Shown: positions 10,341 through 21,704, numbered from the stretch's first letter. The stretch: 64,000 nucleotides of DNA from Lachnospiraceae bacterium (GCA_015056945.1 SVFH01000014.1:171-64170); one strand, 5' to 3'. Notes: generated by a model not told the origin, from the letters alone. A program made the numbers and translations.

Positions 10341-11261
10341 CTATTTCCACAACTCTTCAGGATAGGTTCCGTTTTCCTTCAATGCACGAATAGAACTTTC
10401 AACCATAGGCTTATCTTCCTTATAAGTTACACCGAACCATTTATCGGAAGAAGTCATTACCTGTACGGTTGCTTTGTCTTTCTTTAACAGATTGCCAACC
10501 TCTATAGGAAGATAACACTCTGCTTTCAAAGGATTATCTTTTACTTTGTTTGCAAAGAAATCATCCAATGCAACACCCAGCTCTTTGATAATGCTCGGTG
10601 TAAAAGCCCACATATTCATAGAAACCGGTGTATCCGGTGAAATTTCTGTATAGGTTTCGCCACCGTCTTCCGAATAAGCAGCACCACTTTCAGTCTTAAT
10701 AATATTGGTACGCTCTGCAATATCCACCAGATATCCCTGATTGGTCACACAACATCCTCTTGCAACGCTGCCGTGCTCTGTAAGGGTATTTCCAAGACGA
10801 TAACCTACCATCGCATAACGATATTTATCATCATCCTGCGTTGTTGTGAGGAAATCGTATAATAACCGAAATGCTTCCACACCATAATAATCATCTGCAT
10901 TAATTACCGCAAACGGTTCTTTGACCGTTTCACGACAACTATAAACCGCATGCGCAGTACCCCACGGTTTTACGCGCTCTTCAGGGATTTGAAATCCCTC
11001 CGGCACGTCATTCAAATCCTGGAACACATAAGCTACTTCCATGAATTTGCTGATAGGATCGCCTACGCACTCACGAAATACCTGCTCATTCTCTTTCTTA
11101 ATGATAAAAATAGCTTTTTTGAACCCTGCTCGTTTGGCATCAAAAAGAGAGAAATCCAAAATCTTATGTCCCTGCGGATCTACCGGATCAATCTGTTTCA
11201 ACCCACCATAACGACTTCCCATTCCTGCTGCCAAAATCACCAATACCGGCGCTTTCATCAT
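10341..11261 (-). CDS. Sugar-phosphate nucleotidyltransferase family protein
   Basis: LAAGMGSRYGGLKQ, KPWGTAHA, VINADDYYG. Confidence 0.85.
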   Translation of the reverse strand: MMKAPVLVILAAGMGSRYGGLKQIDPVDPQGHKILDFSLFDAKRAGFKKAIFIIKKENEQVFRECVGDPISKFMEVAYVFQDLNDVPEGFQIPEERVKPWGTAHAVYSCRETVKEPFAVINADDYYGVEAFRLLYDFLTTTQDDDKYRYAMVGYRLGNTLTEHGSVARGCCVTNQGYLVDIAERTNIIKTESGAAYSEDGGETYTEISPDTPVSMNMWAFTPSIIKELGVALDDFFANKVKDNPLKAECYLPIEVGNLLKKDKATVQVMTSSDKWFGVTYKEDKPMVESSIRALKENGTYPEELWK

Positions 11262-11304
11262 TTCATTTCTCCTTTTTCACAATATTTTCGTTCTCACAAA
11301 CCGA

Positions 11305-13416
11305 TTAAACTTCAAATAATAAATCACCATAGGTCGGGAACGGCCAAATTTCTTTATCAGTAATCATTTCCAACGCATCCGCAGGCTCACGGAGTGCTTC
11401 CATGGCAACCTTCACACGATCACGATAGAATAAAGCACATTCCTTATGGTCTTTCATCCCTTCTGCAATCTGCATTTCAGATTCAAGTAACACCAAAGCA
11501 TCCTGCATTTTTTCAAGTAACGCAGTTACACGTTCAAGTAAATCACGCTGCACGCGGTCGCTCACACCGGCATTCTTTGCCGCAATCACTGCTTCCGATA
11601 ATTCTTTGGCATAAAATACGATTGCCGGAATCAGTTTCTTTTTAGCAATTTCCATCATACATTTTCCTTCGATATGAATGGTTTTAGCAAAAGTCTCATA
11701 AAGGACATCTTTACGTGACTCTAATTCTGCCTGCGTGAAAATACCGAATTTTTCAAACAAGGCAATGGACTTCTCCGTTGTCAATGTTTCTACGGCATCA
11801 AGCATAGTCGGAAGATTCGGAAGTCCCCTTCTCTTTGCTTCCTCCACCCACTCAGGCGCATATCCGTTTCCGTTGAAAATAATGCGCTGATGTTTGGTCA
11901 TATATTCCTTAATCAAATCATGTACAGCAAGGTCGAAATCTTCCGCGGCTTCCAATCTGTCAGCCGCATCGCAGAACGCCTGTGCAACAATTGTATTTAA
12001 AATAGTATTCGGATCCCCTATGGAATCAGAAGATCCAACCATTCTAAACTCAAATTTATTACCGGTAAAAGCAAACGGTGACGTGCGGTTACGGTCCGTT
12101 GCATCCTTCAATAAATCCGGCAATGTCGAAACACCGGTTTCGAGGACACCGCCTTCCATAAGATGTGTGGCTTCTCCGGTTTCTACAAGCTGCATAACCA
12201 CATCTTCAAGCTGCTCCCCAAGGAACATGGACACGATTGCCGGCGGCGCTTCATCTGCACCAAGACGATGATCGTTTCCAACATCCGAAGCGCTCTGGCG
12301 TAACAAATCAGCATGTCTGTCCACTGCACACATAATACATGCAAGCACAAGCAAAAACTGTATATTCTCATTCGGCGTCTCTCCGGGATCCAAAAGATTT
12401 ACGCCATTGTCTGTTGTGAGTGACCAGTTATTATGCTTACCGGAACCGTTCACACCCTGAAACGGTTTCTCATGTAAAAGGCAGGTCAAACCATGGCGAC
12501 CCGCAACCTTTTTTAATGTTTCCATGACAAGCTGATTATGGTCTGCTGCAACATTTGAGGTCTCGTAAATCGGTGCCAGTTCATGCTGTGCAGGAGCCAC
12601 CTCATTATGCTGTGTCTTAGCTGTCACCCCAAGCTTCCACAGCTCAACATTCAAATCCTTCATAAAAGCGCCGATACGCTCGCGGATGCATCCGTAATAA
12701 TGGTCATCCATTTCCTGTCCTTTCGGCGGGAGCGCACCAAAGAGCGTTCTTCCGGCATATACCAAATCATCTCTCTGCAAATAACGTTCTCTGTCTACCA
12801 GGAAATATTCCTGCTCTGCACCGACTGACGGCGTAACTTTAGTTGCCTTGGTATTTCCAAACAGGCGGACAATTCTCAATGCCTGTTTATTAATTGCATC
12901 CATGGAACGAAGTAATGGTGTCTTCTTATCAAGCGCCTCTCCTTTATAGGAACAAAAAGCAGTCGGAATACAAAGAATTTTACCGGTAGCATCCTCTTTG
13001 ATAAATACAGGGGAAGTAATATCCCACGCCGTATATCCTCTCGCCTCAAAAGTTGCGCGTAATCCGCCGGACGGGAAGGAGGATGCATCCGGCTCTCCTT
13101 TAACAAGCTCTTTTCCCTTAAATTCAAGAAGCATTTTACCCGCTTTGTTCGGATGTGAAATAAAAGAATCATGCTTTTCTGCCGTAAATCCCGTCAAAGG
13201 CTGGAACCAGTGTGAATAGTGTGTCGCACCTAATTCCACAGCCCAATCCTTCATCGCTTTGGCAATCGCATCAGCTGCACGCGAGGACAATTCTCCTCCA
13301 TTCTCCACGACATGCATAAACTCACCAAACACATCATCCGGAAGACGTTCCTTCATCGTCGCATATGTAAATACATTCTCTGCAAAAATTTCTTCAATGT
13401 TAATTTTATCTGCCAT
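11305..13416 (-). CDS. glnA: Glutamine synthetase type III
   Basis: [71 protein letters not shown]. Confidence 0.95.
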   Translation of the reverse strand: MADKINIEEIFAENVFTYATMKERLPDDVFGEFMHVVENGGELSSRAADAIAKAMKDWAVELGATHYSHWFQPLTGFTAEKHDSFISHPNKAGKMLLEFKGKELVKGEPDASSFPSGGLRATFEARGYTAWDITSPVFIKEDATGKILCIPTAFCSYKGEALDKKTPLLRSMDAINKQALRIVRLFGNTKATKVTPSVGAEQEYFLVDRERYLQRDDLVYAGRTLFGALPPKGQEMDDHYYGCIRERIGAFMKDLNVELWKLGVTAKTQHNEVAPAQHELAPIYETSNVAADHNQLVMETLKKVAGRHGLTCLLHEKPFQGVNGSGKHNNWSLTTDNGVNLLDPGETPNENIQFLLVLACIMCAVDRHADLLRQSASDVGNDHRLGADEAPPAIVSMFLGEQLEDVVMQLVETGEATHLMEGGVLETGVSTLPDLLKDATDRNRTSPFAFTGNKFEFRMVGSSDSIGDPNTILNTIVAQAFCDAADRLEAAEDFDLAVHDLIKEYMTKHQRIIFNGNGYAPEWVEEAKRRGLPNLPTMLDAVETLTTEKSIALFEKFGIFTQAELESRKDVLYETFAKTIHIEGKCMMEIAKKKLIPAIVFYAKELSEAVIAAKNAGVSDRVQRDLLERVTALLEKMQDALVLLESEMQIAEGMKDHKECALFYRDRVKVAMEALREPADALEMITDKEIWPFPTYGDLLFEV

Positions 13417-13500
13417 TGATTTTCTCCATTATCTAATCTTTTTCCCCAAAGACTATCCCATACACTTTTTTGACAATATACCACGAAATATACGCTTTGT

Positions 13501-14742
13501 CTAATTTTTCTCTGACTCCATACGTAAAAGATCGTATTGCTCACAAGGAGCACTCAAGGCTACCTTAAGCTTCTGTTTCGGATGCGGTGCACTCTCCATT
13601 GCATTTCCTTCCTCATCCCAAATCCCCTGCACCTGAGCAGCTACATTTCTTCCGTCTGGTTTCATGATTTCTATTGTATCACCGACACAGAATTTATTCT
13701 TTTGTTCAATGGAAATCAATCCCTTTTCATCTACTGCATTTACAATACCCAGATAAATAAATTCATTGATATAGGTATTGGAATCATAAATCTGCGTTTC
13801 CTCATTCGGTTTCCCGAAATAGAATCCTGTCGTAAACTGGCGATAGGTACACTTTGCAATTTCCGCCTGATACCATGCTCTGTTCTGTTCATACTTTTCC
13901 TGACTTTCATAAAAGTCATCTATCGCCTTTCTGTAGGTACGGGCAACACATGCCACATACAGCGCAGTTTTCATACGCCCTTCTATTTTCAGCGAGTCAA
14001 TGCCTGCATCTACAAGCTGCGGCACATAGTCAATCATACACAAATCCTTGGAATTAAAAATATAGGTACCGCGTTCATTCTCATATACGGGAAGATATTC
14101 TCCCGGTCTGCTCTCCTCGACAACAGCGTATTTCCATCTGCACGGATGCGTGCAGGCACCCTGATTGGCATCACGCCCGGTAAAATAATTTGATAACAGG
14201 CATCTTCCCGAATAGGAAATACACATTGCACCATGGATGAAACTCTCAATCTCCATCTCTTCCGGAATTTTAGCACGAATCTCTTTGATTTCCGCAAGTG
14301 AAAGCTCGCGCGCACTCACCACACGTTTGATTCCCTGCTTCCACCAGAAAAGATACGTATTATAGTTTGTATTATTTGCCTGCGTGGATATATGAATATC
14401 TACATCGGGGCAGTTTTCTTTGGCAAGCATTACCATACCGGGATCTGAAACAATCACGCCGTCCGGTTTCATTTCCTGCAACTCACGGAAATACTCTGCC
14501 GCTCCCTCCAAATCTGAATTGTGCGCAAGAATATTTGCCGTCACATATACTTTTACCCCTCTCTCATGCGCAAATGCAATACCCTCCTGCATTTCCTCCG
14601 AGGTGAAATTTTTTGCCTTGGCACGCAAACCGAATGCGGAACCTCCGATATACACCGCATCTGCGCCAAAAATGACTGCGGTTTTCAACACTTCCAGACT
14701 ACTAGCCGGAACGAGAAGCTCAGGTTTCTTTGTGTTGCCCAT
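13501..14742 (-). CDS. U32 family protein (TrhP-like tRNA hydroxylase)
   Basis: KPELLVPA, GADAVYIG, HISTQAN, HGAMCISYSGRCLLS, CTHPCRW, LKIEGRMK. Confidence 0.9.
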   Translation of the reverse strand: MGNTKKPELLVPASSLEVLKTAVIFGADAVYIGGSAFGLRAKAKNFTSEEMQEGIAFAHERGVKVYVTANILAHNSDLEGAAEYFRELQEMKPDGVIVSDPGMVMLAKENCPDVDIHISTQANNTNYNTYLFWWKQGIKRVVSARELSLAEIKEIRAKIPEEMEIESFIHGAMCISYSGRCLLSNYFTGRDANQGACTHPCRWKYAVVEESRPGEYLPVYENERGTYIFNSKDLCMIDYVPQLVDAGIDSLKIEGRMKTALYVACVARTYRKAIDDFYESQEKYEQNRAWYQAEIAKCTYRQFTTGFYFGKPNEETQIYDSNTYINEFIYLGIVNAVDEKGLISIEQKNKFCVGDTIEIMKPDGRNVAAQVQGIWDEEGNAMESAPHPKQKLKVALSAPCEQYDLLRMESEKN

Positions 14743-15397
14743 TTGCATCTTCCTCAACTTTCTTTACGCTTATCGTTACACCATCCCCAACTGTCAGAAT
14801 CACGGAATCCAGTTGCGGATGATTCTTAATCTCATATAAATACTGTCGCATTCTGTTATGTATGGTGCGGTTTCTTCTTGTCACCGCAAAACGTGACTCG
14901 CATACATCGCCGTCCTGTAACACATTATCCGACACCAGCATTCCACCTGGCGCAAGCAGTCTTACCAGATCGGGCAGATACGCTAAATACTGCGCTTTTG
15001 CCGCATCCATAAAGATAAAATCATAGGCGGGTGTAAGCCCTTCCAAAATATCTTTGGCATCTCCCTCGAGAAGGGTAATACGCTCCTGCATCCCTGCCTT
15101 CTTAAAATTCTCTTTGGCAAGCGGAATTCTTTTTTCGAACTTTTCAATCGTTGTAATATGACAGGTTTCTTTTGTGTTTTCCCCCATCAGAATTGCCGAA
15201 AAACCGATTGCCGTCCCGACTTCCAGAATATGTTCCGGTTGTTTCAAACGCAACAAGAAACGAAGGAGATTCTGCATGTCCTTACGGATAATCGGCACAA
15301 AATCTTTCTTCGCTTCCTGTTCAAGTTCTTCTAAAAATAACGAATTTGCTTTATCAAAAGAATTGATAAAGGTTATCATTCTTTCATCAACTGTCAT
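14720..15397 (-). CDS. O-methyltransferase (YrrM/TrmR family)
   Basis: VPII, ILEVGTAIGFS, FIFMDAAKAQY, DNVL, GDGV; adjacent to the U32 gene. Confidence 0.88.
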   Translation of the reverse strand: MTVDERMITFINSFDKANSLFLEELEQEAKKDFVPIIRKDMQNLLRFLLRLKQPEHILEVGTAIGFSAILMGENTKETCHITTIEKFEKRIPLAKENFKKAGMQERITLLEGDAKDILEGLTPAYDFIFMDAAKAQYLAYLPDLVRLLAPGGMLVSDNVLQDGDVCESRFAVTRRNRTIHNRMRQYLYEIKNHPQLDSVILTVGDGVTISVKKVEEDANGQHKET

Positions 15398-15406
15398 TGG
15401 GGTACC

Positions 15407-15784
15407 TTACTCCTTTTCCTCTTCCACCTGTCCTGCCATAATCTGCATCATCTCAAAAGGTGTCATTCCGGTATTCAACTCATATACCCCGGGTTGCAGT
15501 TCGTCGTGATATTCCGAAAACATTTCCTGAAAGATGAAAAGAAATCCGTCGCGAATCAGTCCTTTTTCTTCCAGAATTTTACCGATTTCTTTCGGTGTTT
15601 TTCCCTCTACAATCGTAACAGATGCGGTTCTTACACCAATACTGTCCACGGGATCTTCCACAAAAATACGATAGCCAAAATCATATGCCGAAAAAGAAAA
15701 CTTATACACAATCAATACAATCACTACAGCGGCAGTGATTTTTAATAATGTCATCAACACGGACAACAACATTTTTTTACTCAT
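15407..15784 (-). CDS. Short MltG/YceG N-terminal-like membrane protein
   Basis: One TM helix plus IGKILEEKGLI and LQPGVYELNTGMT; no catalytic domain. Confidence 0.7.
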   Translation of the reverse strand: MSKKMLLSVLMTLLKITAAVVIVLIVYKFSFSAYDFGYRIFVEDPVDSIGVRTASVTIVEGKTPKEIGKILEEKGLIRDGFLFIFQEMFSEYHDELQPGVYELNTGMTPFEMMQIMAGQVEEEKE

Positions 15785-15801
15785 ATCCTACTCCTTTAGA
15801 T

Positions 15802-16134
15802 CTATTCAAAATCCAAAGAATCCACCATGGAAAAAAAGATTTCCTGCATCATTCTGCAAAGAGCAAGCTCCGCATCCAGAAACGCAGCCACTTGGGGATT
15901 CATACGATATTGCTGCTCTTCAAGAACAAATGATTCCATACGTTCGTATAACTCATCTCCTCCTGCAAGCTGCTGGATTTCATATCGTTTTTTACGATAT
16001 TGTTGTAATGTTTCCCAACGTTCTTTGTCCTGTTTCAAGGCTTCTTTGGCATCCAAATATTCCTGATATACCTTTGTTTCATGCAATGCATCACGAAAAA
16101 GGGCAGTAGCCAGTTCCAGTTCTTTCATATTCAT
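15802..16134 (-). CDS. YlbF family regulator
   Basis: Helical ~110 aa protein with VYQEY and FLDAELALCRMMQ; conserved position after rnj. Confidence 0.75.
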   Translation of the reverse strand: MNMKELELATALFRDALHETKVYQEYLDAKEALKQDKERWETLQQYRKKRYEIQQLAGGDELYERMESFVLEEQQYRMNPQVAAFLDAELALCRMMQEIFFSMVDSLDFE

Positions 16135-16157
16135 ACTTCCTTCCCTTTAAACTCCGA

Positions 16158-17846
16158 TTACCCTTCAATCAGAATAGGAAGAATCATGGGACGGCGCTTC
16201 ATGGTTTTCCATATATGATCGCTCAAATCATCACGCATTACGCTTTTGATTTTGCCCCAATCACTAATTCCTTTCATCAGGCATTTATCAATAGACTCAT
16301 ACGCAATATTTTGTGCATCATCCAAAATATCTTCGCTCTCACGTGCATAAACAAAGCCTCTGGAAATCACATCCGGTCCGTTTATCAACACATTTGCCTG
16401 AGAATCCAGTACAGCTACAACCACAACAATACCATCCTCTGCGAGACGCTGTCTGTCGCGTAACACAACGTTTCCGACATCTCCCACACCAAGACCATCA
16501 ACTAAAATTGCCCCAACAGGAACATTTCCTACGATACGTGCTTCGTCTTCGCTTAATTCCAGAATATTTCCGGACTGTAAAATAAAGATATTATCCTTGG
16601 GCACACCAATCTGCTCTGCAAGCTTAGCATGTGCCTTCAAGTGCTTGTATTCGCCATGAACAGGAATCGCATACTGCGGCTGTGTCAACGTATAAATTAA
16701 TTTAATTTCCTCCTGGCAGGCATGACCCGATACATGCGCATCCTGAAAGATAACATCCGCTCCCTTATGGAACAACTCATTAATGACTTTCGTGACTGCC
16801 TTTTCATTTCCGGGAATCGGGCTGGATGAAAAGATAATGGTATCATTGCAACCAATCTTAACCTTTTTGTGCTGGCCCATTGCCATACGGCTCAATGCAG
16901 CCATACTTTCGCCCTGGCTTCCGGTTGTAATAATAACTGTTTTTTCTTCCGGGTAATCCTTCAGTGTCTCAATATCAATCAAAGTATTGTCGGGAACACT
17001 TAATCGTCCCAACTCGGTAGCCGTTTCAATGATATTTACCATGCTGCGACCTTCCACAACTACCTTGCGGCCAAAACGGTTTGCTGCATTGATAATCTGC
17101 TGCACACGGTCCACATTGGATGCAAACGTCGCCACAATAATTCTTGTATTCTGATGCTCCGTAAAAATAGTATCGAACGTCTTACCAACCGTTCTCTCCG
17201 ACTGCGTAAAGCCGGCACGCTCTGCATTGGTGGAATCACATAAAAGCGCCAGTACGCCTCTGGTTCCAAGCTCTGCGAAACGCTGCAAATCAATGGCATC
17301 ACCAAATACCGGTGTATAATCCACCTTGAAATCACCGGTATGGATAATCACACCGGCCGGCGAATAGATTGCAAGCGCAGCAGCGTCTACAATACTATGG
17401 TTTGTCTTAATAAATTCAATACCGAAATCACCAATTGTAACCAGGTCGCCAAACTGTACGGTATGACGGGTTACAATATCTTCCATCTCATGTTCTTTCA
17501 ACTTGTGCTCGATAATCCCCATTGTAAGGGTTGTTGCAAATATAGGCACATTGATTTCTTTTAATACATAGGGGAGAGCACCGATATGGTCCTCATGACC
17601 GTGTGTAATCATGAATGCCTTCACCCTGTCTTTGTTTGCTACCAGATAAGAAACATCAGGAATCACCAGATCAATTCCCAACATATCATCTGCGGGAAAG
17701 CTCAAACCGCAGTCAACCACTACGATACTGTCCCCATATTCAAATGCGGTAATATTCATACCGATTTGTTCTAAACCGCCTAAAGGAATCACACGGATTT
17801 TCTGCTCCGCATTTCCTCTTTTATTTTTCTCATTCTTCAAATTCAT
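16158..17846 (-). CDS. rnj: Ribonuclease J
   Basis: IPLGGLEQIGMN, THGHEDHIG, HTGDFK, DSTNA, HVSGH, PVHGE. Confidence 0.95.
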   Translation of the reverse strand: MNLKNEKNKRGNAEQKIRVIPLGGLEQIGMNITAFEYGDSIVVVDCGLSFPADDMLGIDLVIPDVSYLVANKDRVKAFMITHGHEDHIGALPYVLKEINVPIFATTLTMGIIEHKLKEHEMEDIVTRHTVQFGDLVTIGDFGIEFIKTNHSIVDAAALAIYSPAGVIIHTGDFKVDYTPVFGDAIDLQRFAELGTRGVLALLCDSTNAERAGFTQSERTVGKTFDTIFTEHQNTRIIVATFASNVDRVQQIINAANRFGRKVVVEGRSMVNIIETATELGRLSVPDNTLIDIETLKDYPEEKTVIITTGSQGESMAALSRMAMGQHKKVKIGCNDTIIFSSSPIPGNEKAVTKVINELFHKGADVIFQDAHVSGHACQEEIKLIYTLTQPQYAIPVHGEYKHLKAHAKLAEQIGVPKDNIFILQSGNILELSEDEARIVGNVPVGAILVDGLGVGDVGNVVLRDRQRLAEDGIVVVVAVLDSQANVLINGPDVISRGFVYARESEDILDDAQNIAYESIDKCLMKGISDWGKIKSVMRDDLSDHIWKTMKRRPMILPILIEG

Positions 17847-17893
17847 TAACCTCCAAATTATCAGGAACTTACCTTTCAATCGGATGCCGATTT

Positions 17894-18154
17894 TTATTCC
17901 TGTGAAAAAGAAACATCATCAAGCAGATTCTCAAAAATGGACGCAATTGCATTCAGTTCCTTCTCATCTTCCACAATCACGTAATCCGCCTCTGCATCTT
18001 CATTTGCCGACAAATCCTTCAGAATCAGGGCCTCACAATCTCCATCCTCATCTTCGGTTACAAGGATATAATTTACCCCTGCTACTGTTGTCTGCTCTAA
18101 TACGTAAAAATCAACCGGTTCTTCTCCTACCGCCTGAAAAGTAATTTTTTCCAT
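17894..18154 (-). CDS. DUF1292 family protein
   Basis: Small acidic protein (FYVLEQT, YILVT, ALILKD) after ruvX. Confidence 0.8.
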   Translation of the reverse strand: MEKITFQAVGEEPVDFYVLEQTTVAGVNYILVTEDEDGDCEALILKDLSANEDAEADYVIVEDEKELNAIASIFENLLDDVSFSQE

Positions 18155-18166
18155 TGTTTTTCTCCG

Positions 18167-18592
18167 TTATTCTTTATTATGATACTGCATGTAACCTTCC
18201 AGAATCAGGGTTGCCGCAATACTGTCCACATACTTCTTCCGGTCCTTGCCGGATACCCCCATCTCTGTCATCAGCTCGTGCGCTTCTACAGTTGTAAGCC
18301 TTTCATCCCACAACTCTACCGGCAAGCCGGTCCGTCTCTCAAGCATCTCCTGAAAAGCTTTGGTCTTTGCTACTCTGTCGCCTTCCGTATCGTTCATGTT
18401 CTTCGGATATCCGAGCACAATACGTTCCACTTCATATTCCTGAATCAATACTTCAATACGGGCCAAGGTCTGACGCAGTTTATCTTCTCTGTCACGTCTG
18501 ATAATTTCCACACCGGACGCAATAACGCCCAAGGGATCAGTCACTGCCACGCCGACTGTTTTGGAACCAAAGTCTAATCCCATGATTCGCAT
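18167..18592 (-). CDS. ruvX: YqgF/RuvX family nuclease
   Basis: [40 protein letters not shown]. Confidence 0.93.
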   Translation of the reverse strand: MRIMGLDFGSKTVGVAVTDPLGVIASGVEIIRRDREDKLRQTLARIEVLIQEYEVERIVLGYPKNMNDTEGDRVAKTKAFQEMLERRTGLPVELWDERLTTVEAHELMTEMGVSGKDRKKYVDSIAATLILEGYMQYHNKE

Positions 18593-18602
18593 AAGTATCC
18601 TC

Positions 18603-18869
18603 CTAGTTGCCCCACTGATTGGTCTTGATGTATTCGCGGAACATCTCCTCTACAAGTTCATCTCTTTCTACTTTCATAATGAGACTTCTCGCATTATTGT
18701 GGCTTGTAATATATGTCGGATCTCCTGACATAATATAGCCTACAATCTGGTCAACCGGATTATATCCCTTTTCCTTCAGTGCCTCATATACTGTTTTAAT
18801 CACATTGCGGATTCTGTCCTCCGAATCCGGTTCTACAGTAAAAAACTGTGTTTCCTGTACGTTCATCAT
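18603..18869 (-). CDS. IreB/ReoM family regulatory phosphoprotein (UPF0297)
   Basis: [29 protein letters not shown]...ERDELVE. Confidence 0.93.
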   Translation of the reverse strand: MMNVQETQFFTVEPDSEDRIRNVIKTVYEALKEKGYNPVDQIVGYIMSGDPTYITSHNNARSLIMKVERDELVEEMFREYIKTNQWGN

Positions 18870-19170
18870 TCTTCACGCCCTTTAATCATTCCTATGTATT
18901 GTTTATAAACCTATAATCTGTTTTATTGTACCCCAAAACAGTCAAAAAAACAAGTCCGCCGCACAAATGCACTTCTTTTTCAAAGGATTCCCTTCCGTAT
19001 CTTTTTTATACAATCTGATTTACACAATTTTATGATAAAAGTTACATACATTCTTCTTTACTATTGTCATTTTTTTATTTATACTTATTCTAAATATAAA
19101 AGGGGGAAATTTAGGAACCTGCAGGCATCACCGCAGGTTCATTTTCCAAAACTTAAGAAAGGTGAAAACA

Positions 19171-21528
19171 ATGAAAGAATATTGGACCAAAAAAATTTAC
19201 AAGGCCATCGTCCTTTGCTTTATGCTTCTGTTTTCTCTTCCTATAATCGGCCCGTTTCTCTCGGAATATCAGTTGAATCCGTTTGATTACGCCCGTATTA
19301 CAGATGTAGAATACAAAGCAGTGGTACAGGACGAACCTGAAAACGGCGGAAGCCTTCTTATCACGGAACGCTTGACCTATGATATTCACGCTGCTTCCTC
19401 CAACAACACGTTCTGGGAGCTTTGGCGAGACTTATCAGAAGATGTGGACGAAGGACTCAAAGTTGATTACACAGTACACTCTGTGAAACAGATTTTACCG
19501 GACGGCTCCGAAATCGTATATGAAGAAAGCCCGGTCCTTTACTGGGAAGATGAAGACTATGTTTCCTCAAACAAAGAGCTCGGTCCCGGCAAATGGTACC
19601 ACAGCAAAGGACCTTACAACGAAGATGCAAGACAGTATGAATGCGTTTTCTTTTACATTGATGATGTATACCGCGACGAAATGGTTTTTGAAATCGTTTA
19701 TGAAATGCACAATGCCTCCATGCGTTATGCAGACTGTTCCGAATTATATGTTGCAATGTATTCAGGCACAACCGTAAATCACCTGGACTCTTTTAAGGCG
19801 GATATTTTATTCCCTGCCAAAGACATGCCGGCCAACGGCAATTACGAAGCATCTACATACGGTACCTCTGAATTTAACTTCCCGTTTGAAGAATCAGACA
19901 GCAAGTATCCCGGCTATCATACCTTTTCCATTGATTTGGATAAAAAAGATTTAAAATTCGCTTATGATACCGACTATCTTGAGTTTGATTTATTCTCATA
20001 CGGCGATGACAAGCACATTTTCACAAACCACGCACCGGATAATTCCTATTCCAATGATCCTGCTCTTGATGAAATCTACGAAGAACAGGAGTATTACCAC
20101 TCATTAGCGCAAAAAATCAAAGCTTTCAAGGTAATATATTTCATTTGTGCCATCCTTTTATCTGTAGTTGTTATCGTTCTGGCATATACCGTCAATCGCT
20201 GGATTCGCTTAAAGCACTACTTCTTTAAGCCGACAGAGAAATATCAGTTCTACCGGGAGATTCCGGATGATTTGGATCCGAACTTTGCGGCAGAAGTTGT
20301 ATTCAGCAAACTGAATAAGAACGGCAAAAAAACCGGTATTTATCCCGCGTTGTTGCTAAGTCTGGTTCGTAAAAAATACATAGCAATTGAAGATACGGGA
20401 AGTACTGCACTCATCAATGTTCTTCACCAAAAACAGAACACGCCCCCGCAAATACCGGAGCCTTCCGGAACGCTTTTGGAACGGCTTGCGGCAAGCGGTC
20501 CTATTATGCAGGATCACTCTTCTGAAGACTCCTTCACCGGAACTCTTTCGAAAGAAAATATTCTTTTAAGTGAGCAGGAACCTGTATTGAACCGTCTTTT
20601 CGGTGTTGAACCGATTCAGATTGTTCACGAATCGGCTGAACCGACGTTCTTATCAGAGCTTGCTCCCGAAGGGCCTATCATGGCAGATCATGAACCACTC
20701 GTATCGGAAGAAGTAGCTAACCTTGAGTGGGATGCACCGTTTGAAGAGAAACCGCAGGAAATTCTCGAGCCGCTTACTCCTTGTGAAGAATCTCTTTTTG
20801 ATTTGATTATATACCATGCCTATATGGGTTCCATCACATTAAGCGAACTTGAAAGTTCCATGGTTTCCGACTACGATACAACAGAAACCTTTTCAACACA
20901 GATGGAAGAAGCGATTGTAAATATCGGTATCGACAAACAGTTTTATCAGAAGCTTTCCTGCAAACAGCCTGCAGAATTCTTACAGAGAATATCAAAAATG
21001 ATGAAGACCTTTGCTTTACTGATTCTGATTTTCGGAACCCTGTTCACATGGTTTTCCTCCATCGGCTTAGCCTTTGGCGCAAATTTCATTCTGGCAGCTG
21101 TACTTATTTTTGCGTCTTGTCGCATTAAGAAAGTGGCTCACAAATACATTCTTTATACACAACACGGTGAAGACGAATGTGCAAAATGGGTTGGTTTATA
21201 TAACTTCTTAAACAGTGACACATTGATGAACGAACGCACCTATACAGAAGTAGCAATCTGGGAAAAATACCTGGTTTATGCAACAGCCTTCGGTATTTCA
21301 GAAAAAGTAATAAATGCTATTAATATCCGTTGTCCCGAAGTCGCTGAGAGTCCTGTTCTTAGTAACGATTATTACCGTACCACAAGATTCCGTCATTCCG
21401 GTCATTCCTTCCATCGTTCCGTACGAGTCGGAACCCGTACCGCACGCAGCAGCTACGGCGATGGTTTTGGCGGTGGCAGCTACGGTGGCGGCGGCCGAGG
21501 CGGCGGTGGCGGTGGCGGCGGTCACTAA
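19171..21528 (+). CDS. DUF2207 family membrane protein, paralog 1
   Basis: N-terminal TM, extracellular domain, TMs, YREIP, LLSLVRK, KW.GLYNFL, WEKYLVYATAFG, Gly-rich tail. Confidence 0.85.
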   Translation: MKEYWTKKIYKAIVLCFMLLFSLPIIGPFLSEYQLNPFDYARITDVEYKAVVQDEPENGGSLLITERLTYDIHAASSNNTFWELWRDLSEDVDEGLKVDYTVHSVKQILPDGSEIVYEESPVLYWEDEDYVSSNKELGPGKWYHSKGPYNEDARQYECVFFYIDDVYRDEMVFEIVYEMHNASMRYADCSELYVAMYSGTTVNHLDSFKADILFPAKDMPANGNYEASTYGTSEFNFPFEESDSKYPGYHTFSIDLDKKDLKFAYDTDYLEFDLFSYGDDKHIFTNHAPDNSYSNDPALDEIYEEQEYYHSLAQKIKAFKVIYFICAILLSVVVIVLAYTVNRWIRLKHYFFKPTEKYQFYREIPDDLDPNFAAEVVFSKLNKNGKKTGIYPALLLSLVRKKYIAIEDTGSTALINVLHQKQNTPPQIPEPSGTLLERLAASGPIMQDHSSEDSFTGTLSKENILLSEQEPVLNRLFGVEPIQIVHESAEPTFLSELAPEGPIMADHEPLVSEEVANLEWDAPFEEKPQEILEPLTPCEESLFDLIIYHAYMGSITLSELESSMVSDYDTTETFSTQMEEAIVNIGIDKQFYQKLSCKQPAEFLQRISKMMKTFALLILIFGTLFTWFSSIGLAFGANFILAAVLIFASCRIKKVAHKYILYTQHGEDECAKWVGLYNFLNSDTLMNERTYTEVAIWEKYLVYATAFGISEKVINAINIRCPEVAESPVLSNDYYRTTRFRHSGHSFHRSVRVGTRTARSSYGDGFGGGSYGGGGRGGGGGGGGH

Positions 21529-21704
21529 AATTGCCCATGAATTGAGATTATATGAGGGTATCTTAGAATATGTTTTTACTTAAATCATCCCATTCCGGTG
21601 CATTGAAAGCCTCTTTTATCTCTGCCTTAAGCACGGCATCATCAAGCAATTCTCCTTCACACAATTTTCTTACAACTCTATTAAAAACATAGTTGCGCAA
21701 ACAT

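Noticed and set aside
11305-13416. Functional link between GSIII and the degenerate GatA operon
   Set aside because: More than 40 kb apart with no shared regulatory signal visible
13537-14193. Long antisense ORFs (also 30312-30899, 61417-62055, 22158-22712 and others)
   Set aside because: They shadow well-supported genes on the opposite strand and show no recognisable motifs
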